A stretch of 41,402 nt of DNA from a virus (IMGVR_UViG_3300033067_000869:1-41402), one strand, 5' to 3'; positions 19,601 through 27,402 are shown, counted from the stretch's first letter. Made by a program: numbers and translations. The notes: generated by a model not told the origin, from the letters alone.

Positions 19601-22600
19601 AAGAAATAGAAGATTCGGCAGATGATATTATTAAAAAAGCAAAGAGTACTAAAAACAAATCAAACAAACAACCTGAAAGCATAAAGGAAGAGCAACCTAA
19701 CATTCTAAAAGCTAAAGACAAACAACAACCTAAAAAAGAAACAACACCAGAAGAACAATTAGCAAGACGAATTGAAAAAACTGCACGAGTAAAAGTAAAT
19801 CCCAATTATAGCAGTTTTGATCCAGAGACAAAAGCAATAAACGAAATGGTTAACGAATTGTATAATAAGTTTAGTGAAACATTACCAAAGAGTTTGCCTG
19901 TTAACCAAGCAAATAAAATTCAAGCAATTGCAAAAGCAATAAGAGAGCGCAGTATAAGCGCAGAAGTTTGGAACAAAGCAAAAGACATCGTACGTCAAAA
20001 GCTAGGAAAAGATACAGCGGCATTAAAATATATTGATGATTATTTTGGCAAGGGAACAAATCCACCATTCGCAGAATCAACACTAAATCAGGCTATTAAT
20101 CAAGGTTTGAAAAACAATAATTTCAAGATAAGTGAAATAGTTAAAAAATATTATGCCAAAGGTATTAATCAAAGAGGAGAACTTGTTGACGATATCGTTA
20201 AACATTCTGGATTAAGTGGCGATGATGCTAGAATATTGGCTGATTATATTCAGTCAAACATTAATAAAAGAATTAAAACATATTCCGAATCATATCTTGA
20301 GAGGATATTTAAAGAGAAGGCTTCTCCTAAAGCACAAAATTCATTGAATGATATTGAAGCCATTTCAAACACTGGAGGATTTTTAAACGAAAATTATAAC
20401 ACAAGAATACTTGACAAAATTAATCCTAAGATTGCAAATATCATTCGTCAATCAGGAATAAAAATGAATGAATTAGTAAGATTGGGGCTAAAAGAAACTG
20501 AATTTAACAAAGTAAAATTTATGGAAGATTTGACAAACAATCTTAATATTAAGCCAGAAGATGCGTTGCAAGTTGTTCGTGCCGCTGAAAATGTATTCAA
20601 TGAAATGGCAAAAAAATCAAGAAACACAATACTTACAAACATGTTCAAAACAAAGAAACCGACAGTAAAGAAAAATACAACAGATAAAGTTTTAGAACTA
20701 ATTAATCTTGGTGCTTATGATGATGTAGCAATAAGGGATTTGATAAAACAAAAGAACGGTATTCCGATTTTAGAGCAATCTGATATTAAGAATATAGTAG
20801 ATATAATGGATAATATTTCTGGGCTTGATAAGCGTAGTTGGGATTATCGAGCAGGAATATCAAAAGTTGAACAAATAATATCAAATAAATTATTACCAGA
20901 TGCAGGCGATAAAATCAAGTCACTAATTAGAACATCATGGTTAGGTCAGGCTTTAGGAAGAGTTAGAGACGTAAGCGGTAATACGTTAGTTGGTACGGTT
21001 GAAAGTTTAGCGAATAATCTTTTTGCAATTCCTGTTGACAAGGTATTATCACGAATACGAGGAAGTGAGAGAAATTATATATTTGACCCTATAGGTAAAG
21101 GCAAGGCAAGTTTATTCGGAAAAGTTCAAGGCATTAAAGAACTAGGGAAAGATATTAAATATGGCGTTGATACTAACCCTGTTAAAAACATAGACTATAT
21201 GCAAGGTGGTAATCCTTTCAGTAACAATAATCCTATTGGAATGGCGTTGAACAAAGCTGATAAAATAACTAAAGTATTAGTCAGTGCGCCTGATAGACCA
21301 TTTACACAAGGAGCATACGAAGCAAGAATAAAAGAACTCCAAACGATTAGAAAAACAAAAGAAATAACACCAGAGATTGACGCCGAAGCTAAAGAATGGG
21401 CAATGGAAAGATACTTCCAAGGAGAAAGCCAATTCCAAAAAAAATATGCAGGAATTAAAAACGCTATAGAAGGCGGAGAAGATTCTAACATCTTATGGAA
21501 GTTGGCGGCAAATTTTACAATGCCATTTACAAAAGTTCCTCCAAATATGGTTGACAGAGTATTTGAATACGTTGGCGGCGGTATAATAAAATCTGTTGGA
21601 CACGCATTAAAAGCAGGAGCATTAAAAAAAGGTACATTTAATCAAAGATATTTTGTTGATAGGCTTGCAAGAGGATTAACAGGTACTGGTTTGATGTGGG
21701 CGGGTTATAGTATGTATAATGCTGGTATGATTAGAGGGTCGGCAGATACAAACAAAAGAGTTGAAGCTTATAATCAAGCACAAGGTAAGCAACCATATAG
21801 TTTAAACATAGGGGGTAAATCTCACAGGATTGATTGGTTAGGTGGAGCTGCAACGGCATTGTTAACAGGGGCTGATTTAGCTAAATCAGCAAAGGATAAC
21901 AAAAATCCAATTGATTTATTAACAGACGCTTTTGCTTCTGGTGGTGATACTGTTACCAAGATGCCAATGTTTAGAAATATTCAAGCATTAATGGGTAATC
22001 GTAGCCCGATGGCAGGAATAGGCAATGCAATAATAGGAGATACAAGCGTTGCAATTCCAAGTATTGTAGGTCAAGTTAATAAAAACATTGACCCATATGT
22101 TAGAGAAACACATAACACAAGCAAGACTAGGGAGGGAATTAATAGAGCATTAATATCAAGGACACCAATTGGAAGCCAAACTCTTCCAAAAAGAATTGAT
22201 GCTTTTGGTAATCCAGTTATGCAATACGAAGGAACTAATAAAATTTTAAACGCTGTCAACTCACTATTTAATCCTGTTACTACTAAAAGCATTAAAACAA
22301 GTATAGCGCAAGACGAAATAAGTAGACTTTACGACAAAACAGGGTCAGAAGCTATATTACCAATGATACCTCCAGAATATGTTACCAATCCAATTGATGG
22401 CAAGAAGATACAATTAACTCCAGAAGAATTCGAACAATATAGTATTGCATTGGGTCAAGGTTACGAACCTCTCGTAAATGAAGTAATAAATATGCCGGAA
22501 TATAAAAATAGTACTGATGATGCTGATAGGTCGAAAAGTATTAAATCTGCACTTGAATTATTTGACTCAACCTTACAAAACGAATTTTTACAAAGCAAGG

Positions 22601-22695
22601 GTATTGATACAAAGACAAAGAAGCCCAAAACTATTCCATCCGAATTGAATACAGCTATAAAAGTTCGAAGAAATATAAAAAAACGTGGAGAATAA
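16645..22695 (+). CDS. Giant ejection / large polyvalent-type internal virion protein
   Basis: 2016 aa; Gly/Ala-rich membrane-like segments near N- and C-termini; MPFTKVPPN, LARGLTGTGL, GKQPYSLNIGG, LPKRIDAFGNP motifs; last structural gene before lysis. Confidence 0.7.
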   Translation: MTGTERYFIEKLPYHPDVMKAQEEKAKKTQEEEIKKAQEAKTSKQYIGQPLVEEMTRRYNAPLIPKEIVPKEIANNIPSVSDLVQGAGKAISTGIDYLQNESEKYYKGNTPLTKDEENMKQSLAEYSYQIPELADQLRQDSDYLARYYAINSDQVYGKGGIFDYYIAKGDEEYQKKLQYDFDQKNMLDKVLTIAKDGALRSLGGNSPFVPRTGNAWIDTPASLIGGLAGGSVTPGLGAGGAFGASATVGTKAVSAVSPKIAQIMKSPLPNTTATNIAKNIGAKAVEGAATMAPYSISTQSLLDPNASETEQWQNLGLSTLMGAGMGAGLGLAGTGFSKVKNVFKPSEPVVAPKITPDDLSQFKMPETNIPKPPYKLGMPKSDTYRIKPIREVSDPMNPNIEDIPSNRQQSLNFDDRMYYGKISKRDVNAYQFDNPEVKPFYKEYASYFLENEFVPHAQKELYPSKAMELLKEKSGLTPKNVKDGLERIIEDNGKENVANAKKIEVSLDYMLSNGIPESRTLPKGFPPVKKYLEIKSKLEGKQYTEPKEIDLTDLPHESNFAKPYQQKPEDTFNYNFNRENTNAPNKNTPNLIANNQGNTKLPLKENATNLVQSESKIPNQNIPKLNKEFDLYLTETNEVADSIRYTGYDKTKKIYVGDFIAQSNNKYEDFYKQLENQFDSTFKPRNIKENKYDVFDEKEFEKSLDTQAEKESRIINSKSNENTPSNTNSPLKENATNLGQSETKVTNYDYKTLPNEPKQIETMLNDVKSKIADMESKGLDHIIDENGKKWLKVDLQLFAQKAEEKLMEVSKFKSNTIEKSGLTDTPEMKEVIDDVDMNYEVKPHETSIKLADENLKNDYDGTYKRILENGAETSEDTVAAKTIMNNLKNALKENPTDIKIASKIKKIAKALQEKFTSMGQTIEALKLWQPKTAEGAIIKAEKIVQKTEEKIKKQSPQKIKDIDKQSKEVNDIIKQSEKKAINDVTKEIEDSADDIIKKAKSTKNKSNKQPESIKEEQPNILKAKDKQQPKKETTPEEQLARRIEKTARVKVNPNYSSFDPETKAINEMVNELYNKFSETLPKSLPVNQANKIQAIAKAIRERSISAEVWNKAKDIVRQKLGKDTAALKYIDDYFGKGTNPPFAESTLNQAINQGLKNNNFKISEIVKKYYAKGINQRGELVDDIVKHSGLSGDDARILADYIQSNINKRIKTYSESYLERIFKEKASPKAQNSLNDIEAISNTGGFLNENYNTRILDKINPKIANIIRQSGIKMNELVRLGLKETEFNKVKFMEDLTNNLNIKPEDALQVVRAAENVFNEMAKKSRNTILTNMFKTKKPTVKKNTTDKVLELINLGAYDDVAIRDLIKQKNGIPILEQSDIKNIVDIMDNISGLDKRSWDYRAGISKVEQIISNKLLPDAGDKIKSLIRTSWLGQALGRVRDVSGNTLVGTVESLANNLFAIPVDKVLSRIRGSERNYIFDPIGKGKASLFGKVQGIKELGKDIKYGVDTNPVKNIDYMQGGNPFSNNNPIGMALNKADKITKVLVSAPDRPFTQGAYEARIKELQTIRKTKEITPEIDAEAKEWAMERYFQGESQFQKKYAGIKNAIEGGEDSNILWKLAANFTMPFTKVPPNMVDRVFEYVGGGIIKSVGHALKAGALKKGTFNQRYFVDRLARGLTGTGLMWAGYSMYNAGMIRGSADTNKRVEAYNQAQGKQPYSLNIGGKSHRIDWLGGAATALLTGADLAKSAKDNKNPIDLLTDAFASGGDTVTKMPMFRNIQALMGNRSPMAGIGNAIIGDTSVAIPSIVGQVNKNIDPYVRETHNTSKTREGINRALISRTPIGSQTLPKRIDAFGNPVMQYEGTNKILNAVNSLFNPVTTKSIKTSIAQDEISRLYDKTGSEAILPMIPPEYVTNPIDGKKIQLTPEEFEQYSIALGQGYEPLVNEVINMPEYKNSTDDADRSKSIKSALELFDSTLQNEFLQSKGIDTKTKKPKTIPSELNTAIKVRRNIKKRGE

Positions 22696-22767
22696 CAGAA
22701 AAACCAAAATCCCCGATACGTCGGTTTATAGGAAATAAAATAACAAAGTTTTTTAGGTGGTGTCGAA

Positions 22768-22995
22768 ATGGAAAAAGAAATATTTGTACAAGCCCTGTCG
22801 AACGGTGTATTCGCAGGGCTTTTTGTTTGGCTTTTATTTTATGTTCTTAAAGAGAACGGAAAAAGGGAAGAACGTTACCAGAAATTATTAGAAGAATTGA
22901 GTAAAAATTATGAATGTTTAAAGGATGCTTTCTGCGTATTCAAAGATGATTTTTCATCTTACATAAAAAAGCATACCAAAAAGGAGTTGAATTGA
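22768..22995 (+). CDS. bhlA: BhlA/UviB-family holin-like peptide
   Basis: LSNGVFAGLFVWLLFYVLKENGKREERYQ family signature. Confidence 0.85.
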   Translation: MEKEIFVQALSNGVFAGLFVWLLFYVLKENGKREERYQKLLEELSKNYECLKDAFCVFKDDFSSYIKKHTKKELN

Positions 22996-22997
22996 TA

Positions 22998-23684
22998 ATG
23001 AAAATTATTAACCTAACCGACAAACTTGAATGGCTCGGGCACCTTACACCACTAGACTTGACACAAGTACAGCATATCGTGTTACATCATATTTATGCAA
23101 CAACAGCTACACCCGAGGAAATACATCAATGGCATTTAGAACAAGGAAACGACCCTGATAGTCCGATGTATCGTTGTATAGGATTTGGATACAACGAATA
23201 CATAAGAAAAGATGGCACCGTGTACATAGGTAGAGGGGACAACCAAGGGGCGCAATGCTACGGCTTGAATCAAATAACTTATGGCATAGCCTGTGAAGGC
23301 AATTATGAAGTTGAACAAACTATGCCACAAGCTCAACTTGATTCGTTGATAGCAAGGATTCAATTCAACAAGAAACGTTTTGGAAAATTTGAAAGTGTGG
23401 AGCCACATTACAGATTTTCAGAAACAAGTTGTCCAGGTAAATATTTTCCCATGGAAAAAATAAATCTAACTCAAATTATGCCAATGGTACAATTCGGAGA
23501 TACCGGGGATTCTGTTTCTTATTTGCAAAAAGAATTGAACAACAAAGGTTTCGACTGCGGAAACGTTGATGGGATATTTGGCATGAAAACACAAAGAGGA
23601 GTATTGCAATTTCAAAAAGCAAATGGATTAGTTCAAGATGGAATTGCAGGTCCGAAAACTTGGGGAAAATTATTAGGAGGTTGA
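22998..23684 (+). CDS. Endolysin: N-acetylmuramoyl-L-alanine amidase (Amidase_2) plus PG_binding_1
   Basis: IVLHH..IHQWH..GFGYNEYIRKDGTVYIGR..GIACEGNY..PH..TSCPG; C-terminal GDSVSYLQ..VDGIFG..FQKANGLVQDGIAGPKTW. Confidence 0.92.
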   Translation: MKIINLTDKLEWLGHLTPLDLTQVQHIVLHHIYATTATPEEIHQWHLEQGNDPDSPMYRCIGFGYNEYIRKDGTVYIGRGDNQGAQCYGLNQITYGIACEGNYEVEQTMPQAQLDSLIARIQFNKKRFGKFESVEPHYRFSETSCPGKYFPMEKINLTQIMPMVQFGDTGDSVSYLQKELNNKGFDCGNVDGIFGMKTQRGVLQFQKANGLVQDGIAGPKTWGKLLGG

Positions 23685-23688
23685 TTGT

Positions 23689-23874
23689 ATGGAAAATCAA
23701 ACAAGGCTTAAATCACTAGGCGCATGGGGTGCAACCGTTGCGCTTATTTTATTTGTACTGAAAACATATTTCAATGTAACGATTCCCGAAGCTGATAAAC
23801 TTTGGGAACTTATCTTATTAGCAGGAGCAGGGTGGGGGATATGGAACAATCCGACAAGTCCCAACAAGTTTTAA
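23689..23874 (+). CDS. Small two-TM holin
   Basis: QTRLKS..W..ALI..GIWNNPT signature; follows endolysin; RBS AGGAGG. Confidence 0.8.
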   Translation: MENQTRLKSLGAWGATVALILFVLKTYFNVTIPEADKLWELILLAGAGWGIWNNPTSPNKF

Positions 23875-24425
23875 CACTAACTTATCGGAATTTCCGACAA
23901 GTTGTTATTATTTTGATGTTATTTATAATTATACTTTGCCGTCAAAGTGCTTATGCAAAATTCTTTGACGGCAAAAATTTTGTCCCCTATGAAAAAGGGA
24001 ACTCCATAAGTTATGAAAATATATTAACAAACAAATCCGCTATCGAGGATGCTTTTAAGAAATTAAATTATAAATGTGAATACCTCTTGAGTCAACATGA
24101 AATTACCGGAATTAGAGGTTACACTTACAAAGGATATATAGTCATGGCAACTCATAGCGGATATGTTGAAGCTTTGCAAATTGCTTTTCATGAGATAGCC
24201 CATCAAAGATATGGGAATAGGGTAAAAGAGTATTCCAAAAAGGTATATGGAGAGCAATATAAACGATATGATAAATGGGAAAATCAGCTTGAAGAAGAGT
24301 TGGCAGAGGATTTCAAAGTATATTGTATGGAAAAATATTACTCGGAAATATGTGGATTATTTGACGTTGAAAAGAACACTACTAGGAAATACAATAGAAG
24401 TAAGGTGAGTAAGTTTTTTGATTAA
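23841..24425 (+). CDS. Secreted zincin-like metallopeptidase
   Basis: RBS GGGGG before ATG 23841; hydrophobic signal ending SAYA; HEIAH and downstream EEELAEDF. Confidence 0.6.
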   Translation: MEQSDKSQQVLTLTYRNFRQVVIILMLFIIILCRQSAYAKFFDGKNFVPYEKGNSISYENILTNKSAIEDAFKKLNYKCEYLLSQHEITGIRGYTYKGYIVMATHSGYVEALQIAFHEIAHQRYGNRVKEYSKKVYGEQYKRYDKWENQLEEELAEDFKVYCMEKYYSEICGLFDVEKNTTRKYNRSKVSKFFD

Positions 24426-24432
24426 TAGGCAT

Positions 24433-24522
24433 GAAAAAAGGCGTTTTACGATGTTTCATCAATTCGAGTTTTGCCGACACAGATTGATTGAAACAGTAAA
24501 AAGCCCCCTCATTTTTGCGAAT
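24433..24522 (-). ncRNA. Putative small RNA 1 (long hairpin plus U-tract)
   Basis: Own promoter (next feature); stem GGC.TTTTAC..TGTTTC.ATCAAT / ATTGAT.GAAACA.GTAAAA.GCC; ends in a U6 run on the minus strand. Confidence 0.55.
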
Positions 24523-24528
24523 AATTAA

Positions 24529-24557
24529 ATTTTAGCACATTATATTTTGTTTGTCAA
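24529..24557 (-). promoter_or_regulatory. SigA-type promoter for sRNA 1
   Basis: Minus strand TTGACA-17 nt-TAAAAT with extended TG. Confidence 0.75.
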
Positions 24558-24587
24558 GTGTAATGAGTTTTAACAAGAGATATAATG

Positions 24588-24652
24588 AAAAAAATAGCAA
24601 AGGTCATTGCGAACGCCGCCAAGCAAAAACGCAATAACCTTACATGATGTAT
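24588..24652 (-). ncRNA. Putative small RNA 2 (antisense-type hairpin, UUGGCG loop)
   Basis: AAGGUUAUUGCG/CGCAAUGACCUU stem, inner GC-UUGGCG-GC loop, followed by U7; own promoter. Confidence 0.55.
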
Positions 24653-24658
24653 AAATAT

Positions 24659-24687
24659 ACTTTAACAAAAAAAATAGTATATTGCAA
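24659..24687 (-). promoter_or_regulatory. SigA-type promoter for sRNA 2
   Basis: Minus strand TTGCAA-17 nt-TAAAGT. Confidence 0.55.
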
Positions 24688-24724
24688 GTAAAATATAAAA
24701 AAAGTATGAGTATTAATAGAAGGG

Positions 24725-24919
24725 GTGTTCAGTATGTATGAAATTTGCATTGAGAAAAATTGTTCGTGCGTGAGTTGTAAAGAATTTGAAACAACTTGCG
24801 TTAGTCGGAAGGAAATTATTTGTAAAAATTGTAAAGGATATAATGAGATACTATTTTGTGGGAATAAATATATATCAACTAAAAACAAACCAAGAACAGC
24901 CACAAATAACGATTCCTAA
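24725..24919 (+). CDS. Small Cys-rich hypothetical protein
   Basis: RBS AAGGGGTG; 8 Cys in about 45 aa; start may be ATG 24734. Confidence 0.55.
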   Translation: MFSMYEICIEKNCSCVSCKEFETTCVSRKEIICKNCKGYNEILFCGNKYISTKNKPRTATNNDS

Positions 24920-24930
24920 ATCACTAAAGT

Positions 24931-24960
24931 GATTAAACAAAATAAAACTTTTGTTTAATC
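24931..24960. other. Putative tyrosine-recombinase core site (dif/loxP-like)
   Basis: Perfect 12-bp inverted arms GATTAAACAAAA / TTTTGTTTAATC around asymmetric 6-bp spacer TAAAAC, 41 bp from the recombinase stop. Confidence 0.65.
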
Positions 24961-24969
24961 GTTAAATAA

Positions 24970-25001
24970 AATAAGAAAATAAGGGGCTTTTATGCCCCCT
25001 A
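24970..25001 (-). terminator. Terminator after recombinase gene
   Basis: GGGGC/GCCCC stem followed on the minus strand by TTATTTTCTTATTTT. Confidence 0.6.
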
Positions 25002-25928
25002 TTACAAGCACACTCTTCTTGAACTTGATAACGGATTTCTTAAAGTAGCATCTCTCAACTGTTCTTTGTCAACGTGTGTATATCGTTGAGTCATCTCAAT
25101 ACTTGTATGTCCTAATATTTCCTGTAATGCTCTAATATCAACACCACCATGTTTATACATCAATGTGGCGGCGGTGTGTCGTAACTTGTGCGTCGAATAT
25201 TCTTTTCCAATTCCAGATTTATTCATATTCTTTTTAACAAGATATTGCACCATTTGATTGCTGATTCTCTTCCCTCTCTCACTTAAAAAGAGTGCGTCTT
25301 TATTCCCTTTTGTGGAACGTACGTTTAAATATGATTCAATTGCTTTCAAACAAGCATCGTTAAGGTATACCGTTCTTTCTTTGTTTCCTTTGCCTAGTAT
25401 TGTAAGAGTATCGCCTTTAATCTTTCTAAGGTCTATTCCCACTAATTCAGATAATCTTAAACCACAATTCAAGAACAATGTAATTATTGCATAATCTCTT
25501 ATTTCATGCTTTCCATATACTGTAGCTAAAAGATTTTGGCTATCTTCTAGGGATAAATGTTTTGGCAATACTTTTTGAAGCTTAGGCTTCTCAAGTTCTA
25601 GACTTACATCAACATCAATTAGCTTGGCTTTCTTTGTAAGGTACTTAAAAAACGCTCTAATACTTGCAATTTTTCTACATCTTGAAGTACTGCTTAATTT
25701 CCTATCATGGGTCAAATATGCCATGTATTCGTATAAATCGCTTAAATTTATTGATTTGATTAAATCAATTGTTGCTGATGCTGATTTTAATCTTTTCATA
25801 AATTCAAAAAAGAGTCTTATGTCGTAATAATATTCTCTAATGCTGTTGGTTGATTGATTTTTAATCGTCTCCATGTAGTTTAAATAGTCATTAGCAAATT
25901 GCGGAATATCTGCGTACAATAATATCAC
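25002..25928 (-). CDS. xerC: XerC/XerD-like tyrosine recombinase
   Basis: SAM-like N-domain (RKIASIRAFFKYL), RDYAIITLFLNCGLRLSEL, GKGNKERTV, HKLRHTAAT, LQEILGH, TQRYTHV; 308 aa with no arm-binding domain. Confidence 0.9.
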   Translation of the reverse strand: MILLYADIPQFANDYLNYMETIKNQSTNSIREYYYDIRLFFEFMKRLKSASATIDLIKSINLSDLYEYMAYLTHDRKLSSTSRCRKIASIRAFFKYLTKKAKLIDVDVSLELEKPKLQKVLPKHLSLEDSQNLLATVYGKHEIRDYAIITLFLNCGLRLSELVGIDLRKIKGDTLTILGKGNKERTVYLNDACLKAIESYLNVRSTKGNKDALFLSERGKRISNQMVQYLVKKNMNKSGIGKEYSTHKLRHTAATLMYKHGGVDIRALQEILGHTSIEMTQRYTHVDKEQLRDATLRNPLSSSRRVCL

Positions 25929-25970
25929 TCCTTTTTTTGTATTATATTATGGTACTAAATAACAAGCCCC

Positions 25971-26105
25971 CTATTTGGAGGCTTCTTTCAATATTGGTAT
26001 TACAACTTGATTTACAATTTCCTCTGTTAACTCAGCTACATCGAGTGAATCAACGCCATACGGTTTTAGCTTGTCTGCTATTAGTTCAAATATTTTTTCA
26101 CGCAT
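25971..26105 (-). CDS. 44-aa hypothetical protein, paralogue copy A
   Basis: Not in track; RBS AGGAGG; MREKIFELIADKLKPYGVDSLDVAELTEEIVNQVVIPILKEASK. Confidence 0.7.
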   Translation of the reverse strand: MREKIFELIADKLKPYGVDSLDVAELTEEIVNQVVIPILKEASK

Positions 26106-26194
26106 TATTCAACCTCCTATAAGTTTAATAATCACAGCCATTGCAATCCTTGCACGTTTCTGGTGAACAAACTAAATGTTTAAATTGTCAAAAG

Positions 26195-26217
26195 AAAAAA
26201 GCCCCTATTTTGGGGCT
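26195..26217 (-). terminator. Intrinsic terminator
   Basis: AGCCCC-aaaata-GGGGCT then T6 on the minus strand. Confidence 0.65.
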
Positions 26218-26389
26218 ACTTTTGACAATCAGGACACAAATCATGCCAACCCTTAGAATCTTTTTTGCTTATCCAGCCTAGTTCTTTTTTTGCATCAACA
26301 GCATCTTGAAAAGTATCAATTGTTTCATTTGCTTCATGTCCGCAATTATCGCAAATTAATATGTAACCGTCATATTCTCTATCAATCAT
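26216..26389 (-). CDS. 57-aa zinc-binding protein
   Basis: Not in track; RBS GGAGG; MIDREYDGYILICDNCG...GW...WHDLCPDCQK. Confidence 0.75.
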   Translation of the reverse strand: MIDREYDGYILICDNCGHEANETIDTFQDAVDAKKELGWISKKDSKGWHDLCPDCQK

Positions 26390-26528
26390 TGTTTTTATCC
26401 TCCTGTGTTTTTATTATTGGCATTACAACTTGATTTACAATTTCCTCAGTCAATTCAGCCATATCAAGCGAATCAACGCCATACGGTTGAAGCTTGTCTG
26501 CTATAAGTTCAAATATTTTTTCACGCAT
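26382..26528 (-). CDS. 48-aa hypothetical protein, paralogue copy B
   Basis: Not in track; RBS GAGGAG; MREKIFELIADKLQPYGVDSLDMAELTEEIVNQVVMPIIKTQEDKNND. Confidence 0.7.
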   Translation of the reverse strand: MREKIFELIADKLQPYGVDSLDMAELTEEIVNQVVMPIIKTQEDKNND

Positions 26529-26700
26529 ATTCTGACTCCTCATCTATACTGTAATCCACCGCTTCATGTATTTTTTCGCATATTTCACTATCTAAATTTT
26601 CTGCAATGCTGTCTATAATCTCTGTCGCAATTTTTACATTCATATTTCGAAGATAATCTCTAATTTCTTGTTTGATTCCAGTAATCAGTTTACTTTGCAT
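26521..26700 (-). CDS. Small acidic hypothetical protein
   Basis: RBS GGAGGTG; overlaps start of next gene. Confidence 0.65.
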   Translation of the reverse strand: MQSKLITGIKQEIRDYLRNMNVKIATEIIDSIAENLDSEICEKIHEAVDYSIDEESEYA

Positions 26701-26838
26701 ATTATTCAACACCTCCGATTATATGATTTTGTCTTTCAGCATCTGGATAATATTGCTTCCGTAGCTATCTTTGCATATATGTTGCAGTTATGTTTTTTTG
26801 TTCCATTCGGTAACAGTTATTGTTTTTTCATACGTTTT

Positions 26839-26896
26839 CTTTGTTACCTCATATGGTTGATTGTTAACTTTGTTACCTCATACGGTTGATTGTTAA
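26839..26896. repeat. 29-bp tandem duplication (1 mismatch)
   Basis: CTTTGTTACCTCATA(T/C)GGTTGATTGTTAA x2. Confidence 0.9.
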
Positions 26897-27116
26897 AACA
26901 ATTCTCTTGATTCTCCGTCAGACCCTTTTCCCATTCAACGGCGAAGAATCTATTGTCTAGTTTCATAATGGTGCGAACGCTCCTTGACCATCTTCTATTT
27001 TCGCCTGTTTCTTCTGCTTCTTGCTCACATTCATAAATAAAAGTACGTATTTCTTCTTCTGAAAGGATTTCTCCTGCATCAATTTTTTTCAATAAATTCA
27101 TTTCAAATTCACCCAT
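26844..27116 (-). CDS. Hypothetical phage protein, C-terminus frameshifted by the duplication
   Basis: GENRRWSR..RFFAVEWEKGLTENQEN..NQPYEV; the alternative frame continues KTYEKTITVTEWNKKT to stop at 26788. Confidence 0.7.
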   Translation of the reverse strand: MGEFEMNLLKKIDAGEILSEEEIRTFIYECEQEAEETGENRRWSRSVRTIMKLDNRFFAVEWEKGLTENQENCFNNQPYEVTKLTINHMR

Positions 27117-27154
27117 ACTAAAGCCCCCTTAATTTTTAATTTACTTTTATTTTT

Positions 27155-27400
27155 TTATGAAAATAAGTATAACTTTGCAATTAAACCAATTAGAGCCACA
27201 TTCATAACCAAAAAAATCAATTTCATAATAAGAGCAGAAGTCTTAATTTTTATGAAAAATACATTTGATAAAAACACTGTTGCAAAAGGTGCGAATTTTG
27301 CAACAAGAACAGAACAAATAACAATTATCCAAAATATTGGGCTATTATATAGCGCTACAAATAAAGAATTAGTAATTATCTCATAAAGCGTATCCAACAT
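27155..27400 (-). CDS. Small membrane protein
   Basis: Strongly hydrophobic; RBS GAAGG before MLDTL. Confidence 0.6.
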   Translation of the reverse strand: MLDTLYEIITNSLFVALYNSPIFWIIVICSVLVAKFAPFATVFLSNVFFIKIKTSALIMKLIFLVMNVALIGLIAKLYLFS

Positions 27401-27402
27401 AC

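Noticed and set aside
2475-22292. Numerous minus-strand ORFs within the structural module
   Set aside because: Antisense shadows of long plus-strand genes, lacking RBS and recognisable motifs.
22761-22767. Spo0A box TGTCGAA before the holin start (also near 35919, 29691, 29907)
   Set aside because: A 7-mer expected several times by chance in 41 kb; most copies are inside coding sequence and none is clearly positioned at a promoter.
25971-26528. Duplicated segment as a DGR template/variable repeat
   Set aside because: Differences are mostly synonymous and not adenine-restricted; no reverse transcriptase in the window.
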